A program made the position numbers and the translations under genes. A DNA stretch of 62,822 nt from an uncultured Planctomycetia bacterium (GTDB lineage Bacteria > Omnitrophota > Gorgyraeia > Duberdicusellales > 4484-171): contig CAZWON010000007.1 in assembly GCA_964635565.1 (NCBI GenBank), forward strand, positions 1 through 62,822, read 5' to 3'. Shown piece after piece: positions 17,438-27,661 of the stretch (positions are counted from its first letter, which is position 1; every line of letters begins with the position of its first letter). The notes under the pieces are model-generated. The model was not told where the DNA came from, did not search any database, and saw only the letters and a list, made by a program, of their open reading frames with translations.

Positions 17438-19394
17438 ATATCTGGTGGTAGTAGAATCGCCTACAAAGGCAAAGACTATATCAGGATTTTTAGGTAACTT
17501 ATACGAGGTAGTTTCTTCTATGGGGCATATTGTAGACTTGCCTTCACGTTCTTTAGGTATAAAGATAAAGGAAGGTTTTGAACCTTCTTACCATATTATC
17601 CCAGGGAAAGAGAAGATAGTAAGTCAATTAAAGAAAAAAGCAAAAAATAAGAAGGTTATCTATTTAGCTACTGACCCTGATAGAGAAGGAGAGGCTATAG
17701 GATGGCATATAAGGAATATTTTTTCTTGGGACAACAAAAAATTCCTACGTGTAGTGTTTCATGAGATTACTGAATCTGCCTTAAAAGAGGCCTTTAACAA
17801 AGCAGGTGATTTGGATATTAATAAAGTTAATGCTCAGAAGGTTCGTCGGATTCTTGATAGAATTGTAGGATACTATTTATCTCCTCTCTTATGGAAAAAA
17901 GTTCTTAGAGGACTTTCTGCAGGAAGAGTTCAGTCTGTTGCTTTGAAATTTATTGTAGAAAGAGAAAAAGAAATAGAGAAATTTATCCCTACAATAACTT
18001 ATGAGTTAGAGGGTATTTTTAGGAAAGACCGTGCCTTATTTAAAGCTCGTCTTAAAAAAATTAACAATGAAAGAGCTGTTTTTCACAAAAAGGATAAAGC
18101 TAATTCTATGCTGAATATTATAAAAAATAATAAATTTTTTGTTAAGAAAATAGTTAAAAAGGAATTTAAACGTCGTCCTCCATCCCCTTTTACTACATCA
18201 TTATTACAGCAAGAAGCTTTTAATAAACTTAAGTTTTCTTCAAAAAAGACAATGCTTATTGCTCAGCATCTGTACGAAGGAATTGCTATTAAGGGTAAAA
18301 TGACCGGCCTTATTACTTATATGAGGACAGATTCCTTCCGTATTGCAGATAAAGCTAAAAAAGAGGGAAAGTTATTTGTAGAACAACAATGGGGGAAAAA
18401 GTATGTATGTAGTAAAGAATACAGGTATAGAGAAAAGAAATCCGCCCAATTAGCTCATGAAGCAATAAGACCGACTAATATAGCTCTTATTCCTTCTGAG
18501 ATTGAGGAGTATTTAAGCCAGGATGAGTTTAAACTTTATAAGCTCATTTGGGAAAGAAGTGTTGCTCTATTTATGAAAGAAGCAGTGTTGGAAACTTCTA
18601 AGGTTTTAATTAGTGATGAAGATCAAAAAATAGAATTTATTGCAGAAAGTAAGAAGGTTGTTTTTGATGGTTTCTTGAAAGTAATAGGAAGAGAGGGTGA
18701 GAAGATTTTACCTCCTTTAAAAGAGAAAGAAGAAGTATTATTAGAGGATGTAGATATTGTAGAAAAGACAACCAAGCCCCCTCCGCGTTTTACCGATGCT
18801 TCTTTGGTGAAGATATTGGAAGAAAAAGGCATAGGACGCCCTTCTACCTATGCTCCTACAATCTCTACGCTTGTTGCAAGGAATTATGTGCGAAGAGAAA
18901 AAGGATGTTTTATCCCCACAGATTTAGGAGTGCGTGTATGTGAACTTTTAGTAAAATATTTTAGTGAAATTATGGATGAAAATTTTACCGCCCAGATAGA
19001 GGATAAGTTAGATAGAGTAGAAGATGGAAATATCGATGGTAGAGAAATTCTTGAGGAATTTTATCCGCCCTTTAAAGAAAAAATAGATTACGCCACAAAA
19101 CTTATCAAAAAGCAGATAGAGTTTGTAGAGAAAAAATGCCCTAAGTGTGGTAGACAACTTATGATTAAATGGTCACGCCGAGGGCGTTTTCTAAGTTGCT
19201 CAGGTTTTCCTGAGTGTAGATATGCAGAAAGTATCTCTACTGGTATAAAGTGCCCTTCGTGTAAGGAAGGAGAACTGGTAGAAAGGAGAAATAAAAGGGG
19301 ACAACTTTTTTATGGATGCAGTAAGTTTCCTAAGTGTCACTATACGACAAGGATACTTCTACCTTCAGGAGAAGAAAACAAAAGGCAAAAGTAA
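17430..19394 (+). CDS. topA: DNA topoisomerase I (start moved to ATG 17430)
   Basis: VVVESPTK, ATDPDREGE, SAGRVQS, ITYMRTDS, two C-terminal Zn ribbons; SD AAGGAG at 17419-24. Confidence 0.96.
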   Translation: MAKYLVVVESPTKAKTISGFLGNLYEVVSSMGHIVDLPSRSLGIKIKEGFEPSYHIIPGKEKIVSQLKKKAKNKKVIYLATDPDREGEAIGWHIRNIFSWDNKKFLRVVFHEITESALKEAFNKAGDLDINKVNAQKVRRILDRIVGYYLSPLLWKKVLRGLSAGRVQSVALKFIVEREKEIEKFIPTITYELEGIFRKDRALFKARLKKINNERAVFHKKDKANSMLNIIKNNKFFVKKIVKKEFKRRPPSPFTTSLLQQEAFNKLKFSSKKTMLIAQHLYEGIAIKGKMTGLITYMRTDSFRIADKAKKEGKLFVEQQWGKKYVCSKEYRYREKKSAQLAHEAIRPTNIALIPSEIEEYLSQDEFKLYKLIWERSVALFMKEAVLETSKVLISDEDQKIEFIAESKKVVFDGFLKVIGREGEKILPPLKEKEEVLLEDVDIVEKTTKPPPRFTDASLVKILEEKGIGRPSTYAPTISTLVARNYVRREKGCFIPTDLGVRVCELLVKYFSEIMDENFTAQIEDKLDRVEDGNIDGREILEEFYPPFKEKIDYATKLIKKQIEFVEKKCPKCGRQLMIKWSRRGRFLSCSGFPECRYAESISTGIKCPSCKEGELVERRNKRGQLFYGCSKFPKCHYTTRILLPSGEENKRQK

Positions 19395-19418
19395 AGGTAA
19401 AGGTGTAATTGCAATCAT

Positions 19419-20303
19419 ATGATACCTTTTAATTATTATATTGATAAATATTTAGATTATTTACGTCTGGAGAAAAACTACTCTTCTCATACTATTACCA
19501 ATTATGCTGTGGATCTTAGAGATTTTTATGATTATCTTATTGAGGATAATAAAAAAGAGATTCCCTTAGAGAAAATTGATTATTTTATTTTGAGAAAATT
19601 TCTAAGTAAACTCGTGGTGAAAAATTTAAATAAACGGAGCATTTCCCGTAAAATTTCTGCCCTAAAGAGTTTTTTTAAATTTCTTATAAAAGAAGGAAAT
19701 ATAAAAAGTAACCCTGCTGCTTCTCTTATTTATCCTAAGATGGACAAGAATTTGCCTAAGTTTTTAACAGAAGAAGATATAAAAAGAATTCTTGATTCTG
19801 CACAAGGAACTAATTTATTTCAATTAAGAGATAGAGCTATTTTAGAATTTTTGTATTCTACAGGAGCAAGAGTTTCTGAGACTACTACTATAAAAATAGA
19901 AGACGTTGATTTTATAGGTGGTATTGCTAAAGTAAAAGGGAAGGGGCAGAAAGAAAGGCTTCTTCCTTTGGGAGAACCCGCCTTATGTGCAATAAAAGCT
20001 TATCTTGATAAAAGAAATGATTCTTGTTCTTATCTTTTTGTTAATAGAAGATTAAAAAAGTTAACAGACAGGGGTCTTAGAAATATTGTTAATAAGTATA
20101 TTAATAAAGCTTCTATACGTTTGAAAGTTTCACCACATACTTTCAGACATTCATTTGCTACACATCTTCTTAATAGAGGAGCTGATTTAAGAAGCGTTCA
20201 GGAGCTTTTAGGCCATTCTAGTATTTCCACAACTCAGGTTTATACACATCTTACAATTGATTCTTTAAAGAAAATTTATAATAGAACTCATCCCCGCGCA
20301 TGA
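19419..20303 (+). CDS. xerC: Tyrosine recombinase XerC
   Basis: TGARVSE, HTFRHSFATH, LGHSSISTTQVY; conserved dprA-topA-xerC order. Confidence 0.9.
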   Translation: MIPFNYYIDKYLDYLRLEKNYSSHTITNYAVDLRDFYDYLIEDNKKEIPLEKIDYFILRKFLSKLVVKNLNKRSISRKISALKSFFKFLIKEGNIKSNPAASLIYPKMDKNLPKFLTEEDIKRILDSAQGTNLFQLRDRAILEFLYSTGARVSETTTIKIEDVDFIGGIAKVKGKGQKERLLPLGEPALCAIKAYLDKRNDSCSYLFVNRRLKKLTDRGLRNIVNKYINKASIRLKVSPHTFRHSFATHLLNRGADLRSVQELLGHSSISTTQVYTHLTIDSLKKIYNRTHPRA

Positions 20304-21574
20304 GATTATTAATTTTTGTTATTTATGATATAGCTTTGTTTATTGCTGTTTTGTTTTTTCTCCCTCTTTATGCTTTGCGGAAAAAAATAAATTTTGAAGC
20401 TTTATTAGAGAAATTAACTATAGTTATTCCTGTAAAAAAGATAGAAGAATCTATATGGATCCAGGCGGTAAGTGTAGGAGAAGTTATTTCCATAAGAGCA
20501 TTAGTTGATAACCTCCAAAATTACTTTTCTTTCCGAATAGTTATTTCCACTACTACTCTGACAGGAAAGAAAGTAGCAAAAAATATATACGGAAATAAAG
20601 CCGATATTATTTTTCTTCCTTTTGATATCACATTTTTAGTAAAAAGAATTATAAAGAGAATTAATCCTAAGATATTTATTGCTATTGAAACAGAAATTTG
20701 GCCTAATCTTTTTTATCAATTGTATAAAAAAAAGATACCAATAGTTATATTAAATGGAAGAATTTCAGATAAAGCTTATAAGAGGTATAAAAAAATTAAA
20801 TTTATTACAGAAAAAATTCTTTCTCTGTGTTCATATATAGGTGTACAAAATAATTTTTATCTTGAACGTTTTCTTTCTTTAGGAGCTTCTTCAGATAGAA
20901 TTGCTATTAGTGGAAATATTAAATTTGCTAATATTATAGTTAAACAAAAAAAACTCCTTAACTTTAAGGATGAATATCTATCCTTACTCAAGCATAAATC
21001 AAAATTTCTTTTTATTGCTGCCTCAACCCACAGTAGAGAAGAAAAGGCAATATTGGAAGTTTATAAATCAATAAAGGAAAGATTTTCTTGTAATCTTTTA
21101 ATTGCCCCTCGTCATCCTGAGAGAACAAAAGAGGTAGAAAAGGAAGTGAGAAGAACTGGATTAATTGCTTTAAGGATTAGTCAGCTAAGAGAGAAAGAAG
21201 ATATTTTAGATAAATGTGTGTTTATTTTGGATACTGTAGGAGACCTTTTTTATTTTTATAGTATAGCAGACGTATGTTTTGTAGGAGGAAGTCTTTTTGA
21301 CTATGGAGGGCATAATATTCTGGAGCCTCTTTATTTTTCAAAACCTACTCTTTTTGGTCCCTATATGAGTAATTTTAAAGAGATAGAAGAGGTTGTCTTA
21401 GAGAAAAAAGCAGCAATAAAAGTGCAGGATAAAAAACAATTGAGATATTATATAGAAAGGATTCTTTTTGATGATGAATTTAGAGAGGTATTATGTAAAA
21501 ATGCTTCTAAAATTTTTGAGCATCAAAGAGCTTTGGTCAAAAAGAATATAGAGATAATTAAGTCTCTACTGTAA
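20300..21574 (+). CDS. waaA: Kdo transferase
   Basis: WIQAVSVGE, ETEIWPN, IAPRHPER, GGHNILEP. Confidence 0.93.
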   Translation: MRLLIFVIYDIALFIAVLFFLPLYALRKKINFEALLEKLTIVIPVKKIEESIWIQAVSVGEVISIRALVDNLQNYFSFRIVISTTTLTGKKVAKNIYGNKADIIFLPFDITFLVKRIIKRINPKIFIAIETEIWPNLFYQLYKKKIPIVILNGRISDKAYKRYKKIKFITEKILSLCSYIGVQNNFYLERFLSLGASSDRIAISGNIKFANIIVKQKKLLNFKDEYLSLLKHKSKFLFIAASTHSREEKAILEVYKSIKERFSCNLLIAPRHPERTKEVEKEVRRTGLIALRISQLREKEDILDKCVFILDTVGDLFYFYSIADVCFVGGSLFDYGGHNILEPLYFSKPTLFGPYMSNFKEIEEVVLEKKAAIKVQDKKQLRYYIERILFDDEFREVLCKNASKIFEHQRALVKKNIEIIKSLL

Positions 21575-21576
21575 AG

Positions 21577-22602
21577 ATGAATATGAGGAAGAGCTTTTTT
21601 GTTTCTGCAAAAATTTGGTATATTAATTTTTTAAAAAGAAAAGATAAATATTTCTTTTCCATGTGTCTCTATTATTTTCTTGTGGGATTATCTTATATAT
21701 ATCAACTTTTACTATTTTTAAGAAATAAGGCTTATGATTATAAGTTTTTTCCTGTTTATAGCGTTCATAAAAAAGTAATAAGTGTAGGCAATATTTCATG
21801 GGGTGGGGTAGGTAAGACAAGTTTGGTAAGTTATCTTCATACGAGATTATCTTCTTTTATTAAAGTAGCTTCTATCACTAAAGGTTATGCTAAAGATGAG
21901 GTTATGTTATTAAAGAATAAGTTAGACAATGTATTTGATTCCAAGAACAGAGTTTCTCTTATCAGAAGTTTAGAAAAAAAATTTGACCTGTTTATACTTG
22001 ATGATGGTTTTCAATACAGGAGGTTAAAAAGAGATTTGGACATTGTTATTATAAGCAGTAGAGAGTTCTGTAGCAGTTGGCATCTTTTACCTGCAGATGT
22101 GTTGCGGGAGCCTTTAAAAAGCCTAAGGCGGGCAGATATTGTAGTTATAAACTATTGGCGGTTAATCCACAATTTAGATTACTGGCAAAAAAGATTACTT
22201 TCTATAAACCCTCGTCTTAAAATTTATCTTTCTGAATATATACCTCGAGGGTTTTTGGATAAAAATAGAAGGTTAATAAAGATGGATTATTTTCAGAAAA
22301 AAAAGGTAGCTGTTTTAACTGCTATTGGATATCCTCAAGGGTTTATTGATATTTTAAGAAAATTGTCGATTAACATTAAAAAGATTTTTATTTATCCTGA
22401 TCACTATGAATTTGATAGAAAAGATTTATTTTCCATAGAACAGAAGCTTAAAAAAAATGATATATACAATATAATTATTACTTATAAGGATTTTTATCAT
22501 ATTGATTTAGAGAACGCTCAACTTAATTATTTTATCTTAGATGTGGATTTAAAAATAGAAGAAGAGGAGAATTTTTTTAATGAGGTAAAGAAAGTTCTAT
22601 AG
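21577..22602 (+). CDS. lpxK: Tetraacyldisaccharide 4'-kinase
   Basis: SVGNISWGGVGKT, ILDDGFQ, LREP, YPDHY. Confidence 0.92.
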   Translation: MNMRKSFFVSAKIWYINFLKRKDKYFFSMCLYYFLVGLSYIYQLLLFLRNKAYDYKFFPVYSVHKKVISVGNISWGGVGKTSLVSYLHTRLSSFIKVASITKGYAKDEVMLLKNKLDNVFDSKNRVSLIRSLEKKFDLFILDDGFQYRRLKRDLDIVIISSREFCSSWHLLPADVLREPLKSLRRADIVVINYWRLIHNLDYWQKRLLSINPRLKIYLSEYIPRGFLDKNRRLIKMDYFQKKKVAVLTAIGYPQGFIDILRKLSINIKKIFIYPDHYEFDRKDLFSIEQKLKKNDIYNIIITYKDFYHIDLENAQLNYFILDVDLKIEEEENFFNEVKKVL

Positions 22603-22676
22603 AAACTTTTCTAAGAGACATATGCATATATTTAATTTCTAAAGAAAAATAGAAAAATTAAGAGGGGAAAGGCTTT

Positions 22677-24491
22677 ATGTATTTTATATTTACTTTATTT
22701 TGTAAAATTATAAATGTTTTCCCTTTAAAATGCGTTTTAAATTTAGGGAAATTAATAGGATTGGGCTTTTATTATTTTAGTAGAAGCAAGAGAAAGGTAG
22801 GTTTTATTAATCTTAAACTTGCATTTCCTCATAAAGACAATAGAGAGATTCTTTATATTTTAAAGAAGAGCCTTATGAATTTTGGGATGAGCATTATAGA
22901 AAGCTTAGTTATAAAGAAACTTATAGATAAAAAATTTATTGAGGATTTAGATTTTGATGATGCAGAAGAAAATAATATATTAGTAGGTGTTCATGGGGGA
23001 AGTTGGGAACTATATAATGCTAAGATTGCTTGTTATCGTAAGTTTGCAGTTCTTGTCCAGAAGCAGAAGAATGTTTGTTTTGATAGATTTATAAATGAAC
23101 AGAGGAATAAAAACAATATTAACATCTGTTTTTCTTTAAAGTGTCTTATAGAATACTTGAATAAAGGTTATTGGATAGGTTTAGTTGTTGACCATGGTGC
23201 AGAGAAGAAATCTTTATACATAGAATTTTTCGGTAGTGAAGTTCCTACACCAGGAGGAGCAGTGCACATTGCTAAAAAATTCAATAAAAGAATATATCCT
23301 GTTTTTGGGCGCCGAGAAAAAGATGGTAGGCACGTTCTTAAGATAGGAGAAAGTATTGATTGTAGAGCTATCAGCAACAAAGAAGCATTGTTAAGATTAA
23401 ATAGAACCTATGAGAAATTTATTTCTTTGTATCCTTCAGAATATATGTGGTGGTATAAGCGCTTTAAACGCAGGAAAACTTTTTATTCTTTGATATTAAG
23501 TGATGGTAAAATAGGGCACCTTAAACAGTCGCTTTTTTTCCAGGCATTTTTAGAGAATAAAGGTTATAAAATAAAGAAAGAAATCGTAGAGATAACAGGT
23601 CTTACTAAAACTAAAAGAGCATTTATCGAAGCATGTGCATTTTTTTCTCATAAGTCTGTAGGTAAGCTTTACCCTTTAAAATGGGTGCTTAAGAATGAGG
23701 AGTTTTATAAATTAAGCAGAGTATTTGCTGATTTTGTAATAAGTACAGGTAGTTCTTTAGGAGGGATAAATTTAATCGTTGCCCATTCTTTAGGGGCTAA
23801 ATCAATTGTTATTCTTAAACCTAATCTGCCCATAGAGAAATTCGATTTGGCTGTTATTCCTGAACATGATAATTTACAGGCTGAGAATGTAGTTAACATA
23901 AAAGGAGCTTTAAGTTATCCTTTAGATTCTTATAATGATGGATTAAATCTTTCCCGACATTTTAGTCTAAGCAGTAAGGATAAAATAGCAGTTTTTATAG
24001 GAGGACCATTAACTAACGGAAATATCTTTTATGAGAATATTAAGATATTTATCGATAAGCTCAAAAATTTCTCTTTAAGAAAAGATTTTAAGATTTTAAT
24101 TTCTACTTCCCGCCGGACTCCCTCTGCAATTGAAAAATTAATAGAAGAAGAACTTAAAGAATTTAGAAATACTGAAGTTATTATAATCGCCAATAGAAAA
24201 AATTACCCCTTTGTTACAGGAGGATTTTTACATTTTGCCTCATTTGTTTTTATAACCGCAGATAGTATCTCTATGATTTCTGAAAGCCTGAGCATGAAGA
24301 AAACTACCATATGTATAGAATTAGAAGAGATATTAAATATCCATCATGTGAACTTTATGGATTCTGTGAGAGATTTGATTAATTTTATAAAGTCTCCTTA
24401 TGAAAATATGGATAATTTTTATGAACCTTCTTTTTCTCTTTTGGAATATAATCAAGAGGTTTTAAAGAAAGCAATACAAAAAATTATATAA
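22677..24491 (+). CDS. Fusion: lipid A acyltransferase (LpxL/HtrB-like) + ELM1/GtrOC1-family domain
   Basis: N-half HGGSWE and YMWWYKRFK; C-half from ~23490 LSDGKIGH...Q, IPEHD, TSRRTP, TADSISMISE. Confidence 0.8.
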   Translation: MYFIFTLFCKIINVFPLKCVLNLGKLIGLGFYYFSRSKRKVGFINLKLAFPHKDNREILYILKKSLMNFGMSIIESLVIKKLIDKKFIEDLDFDDAEENNILVGVHGGSWELYNAKIACYRKFAVLVQKQKNVCFDRFINEQRNKNNINICFSLKCLIEYLNKGYWIGLVVDHGAEKKSLYIEFFGSEVPTPGGAVHIAKKFNKRIYPVFGRREKDGRHVLKIGESIDCRAISNKEALLRLNRTYEKFISLYPSEYMWWYKRFKRRKTFYSLILSDGKIGHLKQSLFFQAFLENKGYKIKKEIVEITGLTKTKRAFIEACAFFSHKSVGKLYPLKWVLKNEEFYKLSRVFADFVISTGSSLGGINLIVAHSLGAKSIVILKPNLPIEKFDLAVIPEHDNLQAENVVNIKGALSYPLDSYNDGLNLSRHFSLSSKDKIAVFIGGPLTNGNIFYENIKIFIDKLKNFSLRKDFKILISTSRRTPSAIEKLIEEELKEFRNTEVIIIANRKNYPFVTGGFLHFASFVFITADSISMISESLSMKKTTICIELEEILNIHHVNFMDSVRDLINFIKSPYENMDNFYEPSFSLLEYNQEVLKKAIQKII

Positions 24492-24528
24492 TTTTATATA
24501 TTTTATTTCAGCCTATTTAATTAAAATA

Positions 24529-26589
24529 ATGAAAATAATCCAGATATTACCCAAAATGAATGTAGGAGGAGTAGAAAGAGGAATTCTTGATTTTGCTAAG
24601 TATTTTAACGAGACAGAAAATGAGATTGTTGTTGTATCAGGAGGGGGTAAGCTTATAAAGGAGTTAGAGAAATTTAATATTCAGCACTATAAACTTAACG
24701 TTTATAAAAAATCTCCTTTAAGTCTGCTGTCGATAAAGAAACTCCGTAGGATTATTGAGAAAGAAAAAGGTGGTATTGTTCATGCCCGTTCACGCGTACC
24801 TGCTTGGATAGCTTTTTTTGCTACTCGTAGAAGTAATGTTGAATTTATTACTACTGCTCATGGTTTTTATTCCCCGCATTTTCTAAGTTATATAATGAGT
24901 TTGGGAAAGTTTGTGATATGCCCTTCAAAAGTCATTGCTCGTCATATGCAAGAAGCATTTGGAGTTTCTCCTGCTAAGATTAAAATTATTCCTCGCTGGG
25001 TAGATCTCGATAGATTTAAGTTTACCCCTGAAAGAGAAAAGACAGAAGATACTACTCTTTTAAGTGTGGGAAGGATTAGCCCTTCTAAAGGTTATGAATA
25101 TCTTATAAGTGCTATGCGACGCATAGTAAGAGTTAATCCTTATATCCGTTTAGATATTGTTGGCTCTGCAGAGAGTAATAGAGAGAGATACTTCAATTAC
25201 CTTAAAAGTTTGGTCCAACGATATTCTTTGAACTATAATATCAGGTTTTTAGGTTATAGAGATGATATAGAGAAGATTTTATCCTATGCTCATTTACTTG
25301 TAGTCTCTTCTGTAATAGAGGAGTCTTTTGGGAGGGTAATTATTGAGGCAATGGCAGTAGGTGTTCCTGTGGTTGCTACAAAAGTAGGAGCTATCCCTGA
25401 AATTGTAGAGGATAAAAAAGATGGTTTTTTAGTTCCTCCTCGTGATCCTCATGCATTAAGCAAAACAATTTTAGAGATTTTAAGAAACAAAAGTGTGACT
25501 GAGAAAATAATTTTAAATGCCAGAAAAAAAGTAGAAAAAAAATACTCTTCATTAGGATGCATAAAGGAAATACATGATTTATATAGGAAAGCAAAAGAGT
25601 TTAAAAGGATTCTTGTTATAAAAATATCTTCATTAGGAGATATAATTCTTGCAATTCCTTCTCTTAAAGCAATTAAAGAAAGATACCCTTATAGCGAAGT
25701 GACACTTCTTATATTAAAAAAGTATATTTCTTTGCTTCATGATTGTCCTTTTGTAGATAGAATTATTGGTTTAGATAATAATTATAAGAAGATATCCTAT
25801 CTTTTTAGTATTTCTTTAAAGCTTTGCAGAATGAGTTTTGATTATATAATTGATTTCCAGAATAGTTTTGCTTCCCACATAGTTTCTTTTTTGAGTTTTC
25901 CAAAACGTTCTTTTGGATATAGACGTAAGTGGGGATTTCTTCTTACTAATAGCATAAGAATTAAAAAGAAAGAAGAGAACCCTTTAGATTCTCAAGAGAA
26001 TATTTTAAAGTTATTGGGAATAAAATTGCAAAAAAAAGAGCTTACCTTTTGGTCAACAAAAGATTCCTCTTTGGAGAAATTCGGTATATTTAAAAATGAC
26101 AAATTAATAGGTATCAATATCTCTGCTTCTTTTAAATGGAAAAGCAAAAATTGGCCTCTTTTATATATAAGGAAATTAATTGAGCTTATTAGTAAGGAGT
26201 TGCGGGACTATAAAGTAGTACTTCTGGGAGATAGTTATAGTTTAAGAGATAGCAATAATCTTGTTGAGTATTTTAAGGGTAAGATAATTTCTTTATGTGG
26301 TAAGACTACTTTAAAAGATTTAGTTGCTGTTGTTAGAATGTGTAAGGTATTTATTACACAGGACACAGCAACATTGCACTTAGCCTGCGCCTTAAATACA
26401 AAAACTATTGCTATTTTTGGCCCTACTAACCCCTCTTATCATACGGTAAAGAGTAAAAATCTTAGAATTATTTATGAAAGATTGCCTTGTTCTTTCTGTT
26501 ATAAAAGAAAATGTGGGCATCATACATGTATGAAGTCTATTACACCACAGAAGGTATTTTTTCAGGTAAAGTCAATTTTAAAAGAATGA
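24529..26589 (+). CDS. Fusion: GT4 glycosyltransferase + GT9 heptosyltransferase-like domain
   Basis: GGVERG, HARSR, ESFGRVIIEA; from ~25603 RILVIKISSLGD, DTATLHLA, FGPT. Confidence 0.88.
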   Translation: MKIIQILPKMNVGGVERGILDFAKYFNETENEIVVVSGGGKLIKELEKFNIQHYKLNVYKKSPLSLLSIKKLRRIIEKEKGGIVHARSRVPAWIAFFATRRSNVEFITTAHGFYSPHFLSYIMSLGKFVICPSKVIARHMQEAFGVSPAKIKIIPRWVDLDRFKFTPEREKTEDTTLLSVGRISPSKGYEYLISAMRRIVRVNPYIRLDIVGSAESNRERYFNYLKSLVQRYSLNYNIRFLGYRDDIEKILSYAHLLVVSSVIEESFGRVIIEAMAVGVPVVATKVGAIPEIVEDKKDGFLVPPRDPHALSKTILEILRNKSVTEKIILNARKKVEKKYSSLGCIKEIHDLYRKAKEFKRILVIKISSLGDIILAIPSLKAIKERYPYSEVTLLILKKYISLLHDCPFVDRIIGLDNNYKKISYLFSISLKLCRMSFDYIIDFQNSFASHIVSFLSFPKRSFGYRRKWGFLLTNSIRIKKKEENPLDSQENILKLLGIKLQKKELTFWSTKDSSLEKFGIFKNDKLIGINISASFKWKSKNWPLLYIRKLIELISKELRDYKVVLLGDSYSLRDSNNLVEYFKGKIISLCGKTTLKDLVAVVRMCKVFITQDTATLHLACALNTKTIAIFGPTNPSYHTVKSKNLRIIYERLPCSFCYKRKCGHHTCMKSITPQKVFFQVKSILKE

Positions 26590-27659
26590 ATATCCTTATT
26601 CTCACTACTCATCTTAATCCTGGAGGAATCTCCCGTTATGTTGTTAGTTTATCTTGCGCTCTCTCTAAGAATAATAATGTCTGGGTGGCTTCAGATAAAG
26701 GAGAATGGCAAAAAGAATTAGTGAATTCTAAAGTAGGATATAAACATATTCCTATAGCAACAAAGTCTATAATGGATATAAAAGTATTTTGCTCTTTTTT
26801 CATTCTTGTTCCTTTTGTTTTAAAAAATAAAATAGATATTATTCATTGTAATACTCGGGTGACACAATTTATAGGATTTCTTTTATATATATTTTTAAGA
26901 AAAAAATATGTTTCTTCTTTCCATGGTTTTTATCGTCCCCATCTGGCAAGAAAAATATTTAAATTTGAAGGGATAAAATCAATCGCAGTAAGCGGGGCAG
27001 TAAAAGAACATCTATATAATGATTTAAAGATAAAAAAAGATAAAATTGAAGTAATTTACAATGGGATTGAGAAGAAAGATTTTTCTTCAAAAAAATATAG
27101 AAAAGAAGATGTGGGCTTAGAAGATAGTTGCATAACTTTAGGTATCTTAGGAAGGATTTCAGAAGAAAAAGGACATTTTTTAGTTTTAAAGGCTTTTAGA
27201 GAGTTAAAAGATAAATTTAAAAACATTTTTCTTCTTGTCTGCGGTAAAGGGAAATTAGAGAATAAACTTAAAAAGCGTATAGATGAGATGGGAGTTAAAG
27301 ATGAGGTTTTATTTGTATCTTTAAAGGCAGAGGATTTTCTTGATATCGTTGATATACTTTTAGTGGCTTCTTTTAAGGAAGGTTTTGGCTATACTATCTT
27401 GGAAGCATTCGCTAAAGAAGTATGTGTTATAGGATTTGCTACAGGAGGCATAAAAGAAATCATAAAAGATAAAGAAAATGGCCTCCTTTTTTATGATTAC
27501 AAAAAGGATGCTTTAATTGATACCATTAATAGTTTACTTAATGATAATCTTCTTAAAGAAAAAATTAAACAAAAAGCAAAGGAAAGTTTAGAAGTATTTT
27601 CTCTCGATAAAATGGCTCATTATACAGAAGCAGTGTATAAGGAAGTTTTAAGAGGATAA
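26586..27659 (+). CDS. GT4 glycosyltransferase (start moved to ATG 26586)
   Basis: MNILILTTHLNPGGI, EGFGYTILEA; ATGA overlap with the upstream stop. Confidence 0.88.
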   Translation: MNILILTTHLNPGGISRYVVSLSCALSKNNNVWVASDKGEWQKELVNSKVGYKHIPIATKSIMDIKVFCSFFILVPFVLKNKIDIIHCNTRVTQFIGFLLYIFLRKKYVSSFHGFYRPHLARKIFKFEGIKSIAVSGAVKEHLYNDLKIKKDKIEVIYNGIEKKDFSSKKYRKEDVGLEDSCITLGILGRISEEKGHFLVLKAFRELKDKFKNIFLLVCGKGKLENKLKKRIDEMGVKDEVLFVSLKAEDFLDIVDILLVASFKEGFGYTILEAFAKEVCVIGFATGGIKEIIKDKENGLLFYDYKKDALIDTINSLLNDNLLKEKIKQKAKESLEVFSLDKMAHYTEAVYKEVLRG

Positions 27660-27661
27660 AT

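Noticed and set aside
19419-20303. Tyrosine recombinase as a phage or island integrase
   Set aside because: XerC-type size and motifs in the conserved dprA-topA-xerC context; no att sites or cargo adjacent.
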